A program made the position numbers and the translations under genes. This document shows, one piece after another, positions 32,642 through 42,332 of a stretch of 64,000 nucleotides of DNA. The DNA comes from Epithemia pelagica (lineage: Eukaryota; Protista; Bacillariophyta): the NCBI GenBank assembly GCA_946965045.2, contig OX337228.1, positions 124,001 to 188,000 on the forward strand, written 5' to 3'. The notes under the pieces were generated by a model. It saw only the letters and a program-made list of their open reading frames with translations, did not search any database and was not told the origin of the DNA. How positions within the stretch are numbered: the first letter of the stretch is position 1; every line of letters starts with the position of its first letter.

Positions 32642-33878
32642 CAAAACCACAAGAAGAAACCGAGCTTGGCAAAAGTCAATCTACACACACGTCGCTACTA
32701 CCTATCCGCATCCCAAAGAGCGAGACTTCTACAGTCGCGGAGGAGTCTCCGCATGGGAACAACAACAAGAAAAGGGGGAACAACTGAACAAAATCATCTA
32801 CTCGGGTCGGTCGATCGATCGATCGATGCCAAAACGTGGTCCTGGCGCATCCGTTGAACTATAGAGGGCGAGGGACCTTCGTTCCCTGGCCTCACGCATC
32901 CGGTGAACTCAACTATATCTGTAGCTACTAGAGAGCGGGAGAGAGCAGCGTTCCATGGTAACACTTGGCCGTTCTTCACGAGTATGCGAGAAACAATACT
33001 CCTACGAAACGATACTCTCCAAAATGGATAGCAGACAACGCGACAGCTCGGACAACGAGCAATGCAGGTTGGATTCGTCCCCGGCCTGCAATGATAAAGA
33101 ATGTGGGTATTGCCAATACTTGGAACGATTATGATGAACGAAACTAAAGAGAGTATGTTTGTTCTATGACAAATTTAAATATGGTATAGTAGGGGTAGCT
33201 TTTTCTGAATCTCCGACGCCGAGTCCGAGCTTGTGGCTCGACATGCGTGCCACCTAAACATTCTATAGTGGTACACTCTGGGGGGCTAGATTGATTTATT
33301 CGGAACACCATTCGAATTCGATTGCTCCGAATCACTCCGAGTCCGAGCTCCTTTTCGTCTCATTTTTTGGGCACACTCTCTTCTTTGATCGCGGTATTCA
33401 CGTCTCTCTCGTGTTTTGTGAAACTAAACACCCACTGGTCGTCTGTCATTCCAACATGTCGTCGTCGCATGCTCCCGATCATTTCTCCTCCGGGCCTCGA
33501 TGTTTGTCTTCAACGTTCCTGGGGAAACCTCCTCGAATGGTCGTTGCCGTCGTCCTGTCTTCCTTGGTAGTAGTAGTAGTGGTGGTGGTTTGCGTTGTCG
33601 TTCCGAGTGCACTGGCACCACAACAACTGCAACCACAACAACCACAACAACCACAACAACACCGTCTGCTGCGAGCCAGGGGTGGTGGACGAACCAGTCG
33701 AGGAGGAGGAGGAGGAGGTAGTGGTGGTGGTGGTGACACTCCAGATGACGACGACGAGGAGGAGTTGTGGTGGATCACTCCGGTGGGTACGGTTCTCGTG
33801 GCGCTTGCCATTTGCAGTGCCGAGAGGTGGTGTCAAAAAAAAGGGCGTGCCACAGAACAACAAGAAACAGAAGCAGAA

Positions 33879-33956
33879 GAAGAATCAAAGGAGGAAGAAT
33901 CAACGGAGGAAGAATCAACGGAGGAAGAATCAAAGGAGGAGGAAGAATCAACGGAG
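33879..33956 (+). repeat. five copies of a 15-bp unit GAAGAATCAAMGGAG
   Basis: Units at 33879, 33894, 33909, 33924 and (after GAG) 33942. Confidence 0.9.
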
Positions 33957-34223
33957 GAAGAAGAAGCAGACACAACCAACAACAACGAGACAAAAGAATG
34001 CAACCCAACGGACGCACTCGACTCACCACCAACACAATGACAACGACAAAACTACCATTCCGCCTCCCAAGCCGCTCGTCACGCCGTCTTGTTTGAAGGG
34101 GGCGATCCATCAAAGAGGACGATCAAAAAATCCCAAGAACACCACCACACCATCCTTGTCCTTGGAGAATGGCTGGTACAAGGGTACCTCTTACGATGCG
34201 TCTGGGAGACTCCGTACCATTTC

Positions 34224-34427
34224 GACCCGTCTCTATTTCACCAAGAACAAGAACAACAAGACGCGGACCAATAAAACCAACACCACCAACCGTTTCGCAG
34301 TGTGCACTATTGTGGGAACCGGAAAGGATTTCTGGGGATCTTTTGACATTGTCGAAGGATTTGTGTGTCCGAGGACCGGTCGGGCCTATTGGGTGCAAGC
34401 CTCGTCGGAACAACGCGTATTGATAAC
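34224..34427 (+). repeat. ~200-bp diverged direct repeat, copy 1 (copy 2 at 38604-38800)
   Basis: Contains a 58-bp core identical between 34354-34411 and 38727-38784. Confidence 0.85.
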
Positions 34428-34504
34428 TAAAACAGGAATCTTACCCCAATTACACAAAGACTAGCGCTCTTTCCGCAAAACAAGCTGGAGCAAGCTTCCA
34501 CGCT

Positions 34505-36324
34505 TTACTCGTTAGACTCTGCCCTTACGAAAGCATCCCAGTTCTGCTCGAGTGAGTGCTTAAAGTCATTCCACATGGCGGTGAAATTTTTCCTGGTGCC
34601 AGCCACCCACTCAGTCATACGCTGTGGTTCCAAGTCGATCATACACACTCTTGTAATGTTTCCATGAGTATCTCGCACAAGAGCTACGTTTCGCCAAGCC
34701 GGATCACAATGCCAGATTCCCTTGTTGAAAAATCTAGATCGCATGGTGTGTTCCAGCCCTTTCAAAACTTGTCGCAAGTCAACGGTTGTGGACATCTTCT
34801 CCAGATCCGGCATGACTATTGCGTCACCCCCACCCCACTTGCCGTGCGTTGCTCTTGGTAACCAATTGTGGTAGGCCTTGTTCCAGTACTCGGCAGCCTT
34901 TTCCGCCACTTTGTCCGAAGCCAGCTCAACTTCTCCTCCCTGGGCATCAACATGGCTCTGTTTCTTGACAAAAAATTTCAGCACGCATAGATTCAAATTT
35001 CGGCTCATTGCGCGATAAACACGCCCGTGATCCCCGTGACCCAACGGCTCCAAAAGATACAGCTTACCGTTCCTTGAAGACGGCATTCGACCTTTGTACT
35101 GATCCGGTTCGTGCTTGATTCTCTCATATCCCCCCAATGTATCACCCTTTCGTACAACATACAGGAATTCACGACGGTGCGGCGCAACTGTTTCCACCTC
35201 CGATTCCGACATCTTCGCCATAATCCATGTCAACATTTCTAAAGCAGGCCGTCCTGCTGGCACAACTTGCGAGGCGTACAAAACACCACGCTTCGGTGGT
35301 GACGCTGACTCTGGTTCTTTATCCTCCTTCTCCTCTTGATTGCACTCCTCTTCATTGCATGGCTTAGGCGACATAGGAGGGGAATTACGTTCGGGTCGCG
35401 AACGCTTCTGTGGTCTTTCAAAAGATTTCTTGCCAACCTGATCTGTGTCTTGGGGGTCAGATTGGCTTAGTTTGCCATTGCCGGTGATATTTTCATCTTC
35501 CTCCTCCAATTCATACTTGAAAAAGCGCCATTCCTTTAGGTTGAAAGGATGCCGTAGACTTGCTTTAAACCGTAAAGCGTCCGAAGCGGTATCATCTGGG
35601 AAGCAACCTGGGCAACGACTTTCGGGTGTGTCATCGGCTCGGGGTCTGGAGGCGTGTGGCCCGGTCGATGCGGTTGCTTCACCTCCGTTGTCCCGCATAT
35701 TTGTCGGTTTTCGTTGCGGAGAACACCAATGTCAATCGTTAGTCCATTCAAGGACGACTCTGAATCAGGGCGGAGGTCAAATTTGCAGCTTCGAATAATG
35801 TCCTTCATGAGATTTTCAACTTGAACCTGCAAATGTAACTGTCGCGAGAAGTATATGACACCCTGCTCCTTTTCGTCCAAAACGTGATGGTACCGTTCGA
35901 GGGAAACATCAAGTCGACCAGGGACCATATGCACCAACCTATTCGACGGGAAATCCTCCAAGTTACGGTGGACATGCGGCACACCAGAGCTGCCTCCTGG
36001 GTTCCTCTTGTCAAAGGCCAATTTAGAAAACTCAAACGAGGTCGAACTAACCTCAATTCGGTAAGTTGTCCCAACAATTTCTAAGGTACCACCATGAAGA
36101 CGTAGGAGAGTGCCGAACGTCGGGACTACAGCTTCCACTCCATCCGGAGAGGCGGCCTTCAATAAAGGTGGGTACTCTTCGGAGAGACCACCGGTGGTTT
36201 CATGCGCCGCTGATTCGCCCCATTTGACAACCACTTTTCCGCCCATTGTCTTTATCACCTTCACTACTACGTTCTCGGTTGATGACAGAGCTTCTGCGGC
36301 AGTAGCTTTGGCGTTTGCTGACAT
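34505..36324 (-). pseudogene. Crinkler/RHS-type REase + protein-kinase gene with one frameshift
   Basis: IDIGVL...GTTEVKQP (PD-(D/E)xK), then GILST* at 35536-35538. Adding 1 nt gives GILSTYKEWRFF and joins ORF 34505-35698, which has LGHGDHGRVY, CVLKFF, HCDPAWRNV and MIDLE kinase motifs. Confidence 0.75.
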
Positions 36325-36964
36325 GCTTTCGGCATGGTTGGAATAACAGTTGTTGTCGTTGGTTGCTTTTTGCGCTGCTGTGCGCTGTTTTGGTGAGAAG
36401 GCGGCGCGTTAATAGCGCTGTGCTGGGGAGTCGTTAGAGAAGCCGGACGACGGTGGGACGTACAGTACACGTACAAGGGAAGTTGGCTAGAAGCACTCCC
36501 TAGCGGGGGAGGCTACAAGGGTGTATTTGTGTGTAGCTACTAGCTACCCCCATCTCTCTGGTTGGGATCTAGGTAAAATAGTCGGCCGGCATATTTCATT
36601 TCCTCCACCACGATAACAACACGACAATCAAACTTTGTTGTTGCTGGTGACCTCCTACGACCACCCCATCATGATCCGACTATTGTATGCTTCATATTAG
36701 TACCATGGTAGTGTATTGTGAGTGGCACAGTGCATGAGTGTCAGTCTAGGAAAGATAATGTAGTGAGCCCGTACTACGGCACAACACGAGACCATGATGG
36801 CACAAGAACACATGACAGTAGATGTTTTGCTATCAATGCACTACGTAACTACTGCTGTTATGTGTATTGTGTATCCAGAGGTGTCCAATCGAAGCAAGAT
36901 AAGAGCCATATCACCCTTTGAGTTGCCTCGTTCGAAATGGTGAGACGACACTTCGCATGCCCGT

Positions 36965-37064
36965 GTGACAAGGGGAAGGGTTATAGGGATAAGCCCGACC
37001 ACTCGACCAATAGCGCTATTGGTCGAGTGGTCGGGCTTATCCCTATAACCCTTCCCCTTGTCAC
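36965..37064. repeat. perfect 100-bp spacerless palindrome
   Basis: GTGACAAGGGGAAGGGTTATAGGGATAAGCCCGACCACTCGACCAATAGC|GCTATTGG...CCCCTTGTCAC; 50/50 pairs checked; CGT on both flanks. Confidence 0.97.
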
Positions 37065-37632
37065 CGTGCCACGAGGCATGGTGCCTGAGAGTCTGATACA
37101 TAATTGCCTTGACCTTCAGGTTTTGGCCTCGCAGATGCATCCTACACTATTGGTTTGAGGTCTACGATTCATCCGACAGGTTCGAAGTGTCAGAATAGGT
37201 CCACAACAACCAGTGCAACACATGGTCCGTGTTGTTATCGCGATGGCCGGAATGATAGACACAGGTCATTTTTCCACCATAGATGTGGGGGTGGGTCACT
37301 GATATTAAACCCTCAAAACCACCCCTGCTAGGGAGTGGAATTGCCCCAGCAGACAAGCCCCAGCGCCCGGGACTTACTGATGACTGATACATCCTACCCC
37401 CCAGCGGGGGTGAGTGAGTCCCGCAGGCCTCAGTCGGAAAAAGTTTGTGGGGGTGAGTAAGGGAATGCAACACTAGGTGCGACTGACCGGGTCGCCCCTG
37501 CTTGGGGCGCCCAGGTGGAGTATTCGATATTCCCTGTTCAGGTTTCAGGTAGCGCCGAAACGAGCAAGTCCACATGGATCGCTCTGATGGGTAACCTGGG
37601 TTAGTTGACCGACTCATCATAAGCAGACGGCA

Positions 37633-38513
37633 ATGGAACTTGTAAAGGGCGCGGAGCACGGTGACGCTGCAGAAAAGGATTGCACAAGCGTCAACATGGA
37701 CGAGGAAGACAACGACAGCATGGAGTCTGAGGAGGAGGACGAAGAGTTGGGGGATCTCCCCTCGGATATTGCTGAAGAAATTGGAAAAGACGGTCGTTTT
37801 GAAACGGAGCAAGAACTTGAGGATGCGCTTGACAAGGCTGGGGTCGGAGATCTTCCTGTTGTTTTCGTGGACGGAAAGCCACGATTGATCATGCCATCGG
37901 TTCAACACAATGAATTCACAGCATATTATTGTAGAGATTTCACTCTCAATTGGGCAAAAGATCGGTGGGGACTTTCGAGTGCAACGCACAAAGTATTCCT
38001 CTCCAATGGACGGTCTCGTGATCCTGATTTGAGCTTTTGGGGGTTCCCTCGATGTATTCGAGACAAGAAGAAGAATTTATCTCTTGCCGTCGAAGGATCT
38101 GTTCCAGATGTCATCATTCAGTTTTGCTGGAAAAATGCACAAGCGTACGAAGATAACGCCATTGATGATATGATGAACCTATCATTAGAAAAACACCGTG
38201 GCGACGTACCCCACGCCCGTCCATCTCTGGGTTATCTCATCAAAGTACAATTCTCCAAAAGAGAAAGCTGCCAGGGGGAGACAAGATACAAGACATGGCA
38301 GGTCTAGATATTTATCGACTACCTCATGGTACCACAATCGCTGATGCGCGTGATCCCAACAAGTCAAACGCTCAGCACTGGTACTACAAGCCAGATGGGC
38401 CGGAGATTTACATAACCATTACTCCTCAAGATTTGGGTATCACTGGTCTTTGGGCGTGGATTTGCGGCGAATACAAGATCAAAGCGTCAGCGATCTTTAA
38501 AAAAAATGAATGA
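37633..38513 (+). pseudogene. Uma2/DUF820-like restriction-endonuclease-fold gene with one frameshift
   Basis: LIMPSVQH...RDPDLSFW...VPDVIIQFCWK pattern; adding one A to the A4 run at 38257-38260 gives FSKKRKLPGGDKIQDMAGLDIYRLPHG and joins ORFs 37633-38307 and 38295-38513. Confidence 0.65.
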
Positions 38514-38603
38514 GGTTCATCAACATCTCTAATCGAAAAGCCTCGCAACGTCGTCACTGTTGAACTCTCGGGTGTGTAGTCAGGGACCAATGGACCATGA
38601 TAT

Positions 38604-39160
38604 GACTCGTCTCTATTTTACCAAAAGCAAGAACAAGAACAAGACGCGGAGCAATAAAACCAACACCACCAGTGTGAACTATTGTGGGAACCGGAAAGGA
38701 TTTTTTAGGGGTCCGTTGACATTTTTGAAGGATTTGTGTGTCCGAGGACCGGTCGGGCCTATTGGGTGCAAGCCTCGTCGGAACGACGCATCTTGATTAC
38801 GGGAACCTTTGTTGTCATGAACCACGAGAATTCTACAAAGAATTCGAGTTCTGCCGATGGCGGCTGCTCCCTCACACACGCATCGTGGATTTCGAATCAA
38901 TGCTGGTGCCAACAACAAGCGACACCCTTTGTCTTCTACTTTTGTACAAAATGCAGCATCCCTCCATCCGAGGACCAGCACTAGGAGGACGAGACAACGG
39001 TCATCTTTATCACACCACTGCCAATAAGCAGCAGGATCAACCGTACCCCACCCAAAGCTACCACAACAAGCAGCACCCAGAGTTCTACTACACCCTCTTC
39101 ATGGTATTCCCATTTCACCCGCCTCTCCTCTGTAGCATTATCATCTCCCTTTACCGGTAG
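38604..39160 (+). pseudogene. 3' fragment of the split membrane-protein paralog
   Basis: CPRTGRAYWVQASSERRILITGTFVV...SWISNQCW...ATPF aligns with GRAFWVEAAARRRVLTAGTFVV...SWISNQSW...ATPF of the 40208 gene; several frame breaks. Confidence 0.7.
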
Positions 39161-39804
39161 CAACGAAACTAATGATTGTGGTCGCGGCCATGACGATGAC
39201 GACGAGCTCTGCCATCCGGACCACCACCACCTCCTCGTCGTCACAACACATGATATATTCGGCATGGACCGTAGTAGGATTTAGCCTGGAACGGGCTGAC
39301 TGCACAACACTCTACTACTATGCACCAACAATCGCACTATCGTATATGGTCTTGCAACATCCAAACGACACGGTACAAGGTCACCATTCGTTTCGGCAAA
39401 ACGTATTGCTTCGGAAACCCGGGTTCATGAACCAAGAAACAGGAAACAGGTTGGTTGTGATGGTATAATAATAGATTGTAGTGCCTTCTGAGCCGTTTGG
39501 TATCCCGCCGACGTTGTGGTAGTCGTAAAAGGCGCCTGGCATGGAACTCGAGGAATCTACCATTCTCCTATCTCCCCCCAAAAACTACGAGCCCAATTCT
39601 TCCAGTTTGCTCGCGGGTGGATGCTCTCTGGCAGAATTCATCCACAACAGCGCGCATTCGTCCTTTCATCCTCCTCCTTTGCTTCTTCTTCTTCTTGCCA
39701 CTACGGTGGTTGGACTATCAACAGGATCATCATCATCTTCTTCCGTTGTACTACTCCTACATTCGACTAGACATGACAGAAATACCTGGATGGATAGATA
39801 GTAG

Positions 39805-39970
39805 AGGTAGCTTTTTTCTCGGCGGGTGCGTGGGGCTCGACCGAAACACGATTGCCGGAGGGATTCCTGCGAACGTCGCCGAGTGGCTCGATATGCGTGC
39901 TACACAAAGAATCTATAGTGGTACATTCTGGGGGTAGATTCATCCGGAACACCATTCGATTGTTCCGAAT
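39805..39970 (+). promoter_or_regulatory. conserved upstream block shared with 33195-33332
   Basis: Collinear motifs GTGGCTCGA(C/T)ATGCGTGC, TCTATAGTGGTACA(C/T)TCTGGGGG and CGGAACACCATTCGA precede both membrane-protein paralogs. Confidence 0.55.
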
Positions 39971-40207
39971 GCACGATCGATCCAATACAAAATTCTGCGT
40001 GTGTGCAGCACATCGCTCTTTTCTCTGCTGTTTGTTACGCTTCGTTTGTACCACGCATCTCATTTTTTGAGGCAGACAACAGAAACAGCATCACACTCTC
40101 TCCTCGCTCGCTTTCTTCGGGTCGGTTGGTTGATTCCCTTCCCCAGTGGCATTTACTTTGTTCCTCTTGTTTGTGAAACTATACACATTGCGGTCTCGTC
40201 CGTCATC

Positions 40208-41626
40208 ATGTCTGGTTCAGAACAGTTCTCCTCCTCCTCCTGCTGGCCTCAATCTTTTGGTTCAACGGTCCTGGACGCACCACAACCACAACGACAACAG
40301 GCTCGTGGTGCGGGGAAACCTCCTCGACGAATGGTCGTTGCCGTACTGTCCTCCTTACTGCTAATGGTTTGCTTAGTCGTTTCGAGTGCCTCCTCGTTTT
40401 CCTCGTTCGTGTGGCAACCACTCGACCTTACCGTACCACAAGCACAACCACCCGAACACCGTCTGTTGCGAGCCCGTGGTGGCGGTGGAGGCCGCGGCAG
40501 TCGTGGTGGTAAAGGATCAAGTAGTAGTACCAACAACAATGGCAGTGGAAGTTCTACCGGAGCTTTTGTGGGAACGACCAATGCGGGTCGCTTCAACAAT
40601 AACAACAATAATAACGACGACGAGGACGAAAATGACGTGGAGGGATGGGTCGTTTTGATCATTTTTGTGGTAATTGTCGTGGCCGTTTCGATTGGGATTG
40701 TCTGGTGTTGTTATCGACGCCGCAAACAAGAAGCGATGCAACACAAATTTTCGTCGGCCGTCACCGCCACAGCCATTGCCACGCAACAAGCGCAGGCATC
40801 CGCACCAGGATCATCGGACCACCAAAAACCAACCGTGACCACCACACCACTGGCGAAACAACCACGGCATTATCAACAAGCCTACCAAGCGGCCCATCAA
40901 GCCGTTTGGAAAACCAAGGAGGACAAAGATGCCACACCAATGACGACAGCGTGCATCTTGCCCATGAATGGCGTGTACCAGGGCACTTATCGCGATTCCC
41001 AGGGCAACCTTCAAACCGTCACGACGCGGCTCGTGTGTTCCAAACCGGCGCCCTCAACGACAACCACGACGACAAGTGGTGGTGAAGAAGGACAAGAACA
41101 AGAACCCAATCACAACAACACGGTCTGGACACTTTCGGGATCGGGTCAAGATATTTTGGGACCCTTTGAGATTGTCGAGGGATGCGTGTGTTCCACGACG
41201 GGTCGGGCCTTTTGGGTCGAAGCGGCCGCTCGACGACGGGTCTTGACCGCTGGAACCTTTGTCGTCAATGACACTACCACAACCTTGGTGCAATCGAGTT
41301 GGATTTCCAATCAATCTTGGGGACGAACCGCGACACCCTTCCTCTCCTTTGAATTGGTAACGCCCGAGGACAACCGTTCGTCCCAGCACACAACGACCAA
41401 CACTGGTACGACCAACACAATCCGCACAACCACCACCTCACCGCCCCTCTTGGTACCGGCCAATCCCTTGCCCGTCTCGGCCGATCCTGCCCAGACTGCC
41501 ACAACCACAACCGTCGTTCCATCCTCATCCCTGGTCGAACACGAATCCAGTCACCACAGTCATGACCAGGACGACAATGACGAGGACATTGTGGTGGTGG
41601 TGGGAACCCCCGTCGTGCAGGAATAG
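40208..41626 (+). CDS. single-pass membrane protein: signal/anchor, RLL motif, G/S/N-rich luminal part, TM helix, cytosolic beta-domain
   Basis: MVVAVLSSLLLMVCLVV, EHRLLRARGGGG, N-run, TM WVVLIIFVVIVVAVSIGIVWCC followed by YRRRK, then NGVYQGTY...LSGSGQD...FEIVEG...TGRAFWVE. Confidence 0.85.
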   Translation: MSGSEQFSSSSCWPQSFGSTVLDAPQPQRQQARGAGKPPRRMVVAVLSSLLLMVCLVVSSASSFSSFVWQPLDLTVPQAQPPEHRLLRARGGGGGRGSRGGKGSSSSTNNNGSGSSTGAFVGTTNAGRFNNNNNNNDDEDENDVEGWVVLIIFVVIVVAVSIGIVWCCYRRRKQEAMQHKFSSAVTATAIATQQAQASAPGSSDHQKPTVTTTPLAKQPRHYQQAYQAAHQAVWKTKEDKDATPMTTACILPMNGVYQGTYRDSQGNLQTVTTRLVCSKPAPSTTTTTTSGGEEGQEQEPNHNNTVWTLSGSGQDILGPFEIVEGCVCSTTGRAFWVEAAARRRVLTAGTFVVNDTTTTLVQSSWISNQSWGRTATPFLSFELVTPEDNRSSQHTTTNTGTTNTIRTTTTSPPLLVPANPLPVSADPAQTATTTTVVPSSSLVEHESSHHSHDQDDNDEDIVVVVGTPVVQE

Positions 41627-42332
41627 CGGATGCTGCTTCGCAGCATTTCGAATGGAAGCGACATTGCTTTTTTGGTTTGTATGGCATCACAGAGTATTGG
41701 GGTGGGGGGAAAGAGTATGTGGTGGTCTATTGCATTGTTGCAGTCGAACGGATGCTTGTGGTTGACTAGTAGCACACACTCGACACTATCGACTCGTTCT
41801 CCGAAACCAAACTGGCAGGAAACTTGTGATTCCTATACCTCTTTCTTCTATAATATATAGGCTGCCACAGTGCTGTGCTGGAACCATTGGCTATCATTAT
41901 TTCTACTCCTATTACTCTCTAGAGAGCGTAGCGTGTAGAGTCGGAACTCGTATGGGTAGTAGATATGTTTCCCCCCAATCTGCAGCGGGGGGTAGCTATT
42001 TCTGCAGGGGTATACTTTGGGGGGAGGGGATGAATGTCCAGTGAGTACCGCACCGTCAGATTTCCACCGCCGGGCGAGTGTCGCTAAAACAAGATGCCAT
42101 TGACGACACTTTTTTGGTGGGGCAGTTGAATCGCTCGCCGGGTCCTTCTTCTTCGCCAACATACAACAGAGCAGGCGAAATGTTTTGTGATCTGACGGTT
42201 GAATTCCTGCTGGAACGCATCTGCCACTCCTTTGTTGCTTGGATGCGTTGAACCAAAAAACAACAAGAAGGATTCCAAAAGTGTTAACTCCATACTGGAT
42301 TGTCCTATTGTTGAACAGTCATCTTCATCATC

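Larger units (their letters stand above)
33456..34427 (+). pseudogene. 5' part of a paralog of the 40208 membrane-protein gene, frameshifted and truncated by the 34428-38603 cassette
   Basis: GKPPRMVVAVVLSSL...HRLLRARGGG...TM in one frame (33291 ORF); ENGWYKGT...GTGKDFWGSFDIVEGFVCPRTGRAYWVQ in another frame (33595 ORF); homology stops at ~34427. Confidence 0.75.

Noticed and set aside
32811-32827. (GATC)n run
   Set aside because: Short microsatellite with no associated structure.
33879-33956. CRISPR-like array
   Set aside because: Head-to-tail 15-bp units without spacers inside coding sequence; an ordinary minisatellite.
34428-34510. Helitron 3' end (CTAG at 34461 plus hairpin) for the nuclease cassette
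   Set aside because: The nearby hairpin is imperfect, there is no Rep/helicase, and no matching 5' TC boundary could be defined.
37162-37989. 275-aa minus-strand ORF
   Set aside because: Overlaps the Uma2-like gene antisense and has no recognisable motifs; likely a shadow ORF.
39172-39937. Short ORFs between the split gene and the 40208 gene
   Set aside because: Low-complexity, mutually overlapping, no coherent protein; likely decayed or intergenic sequence.
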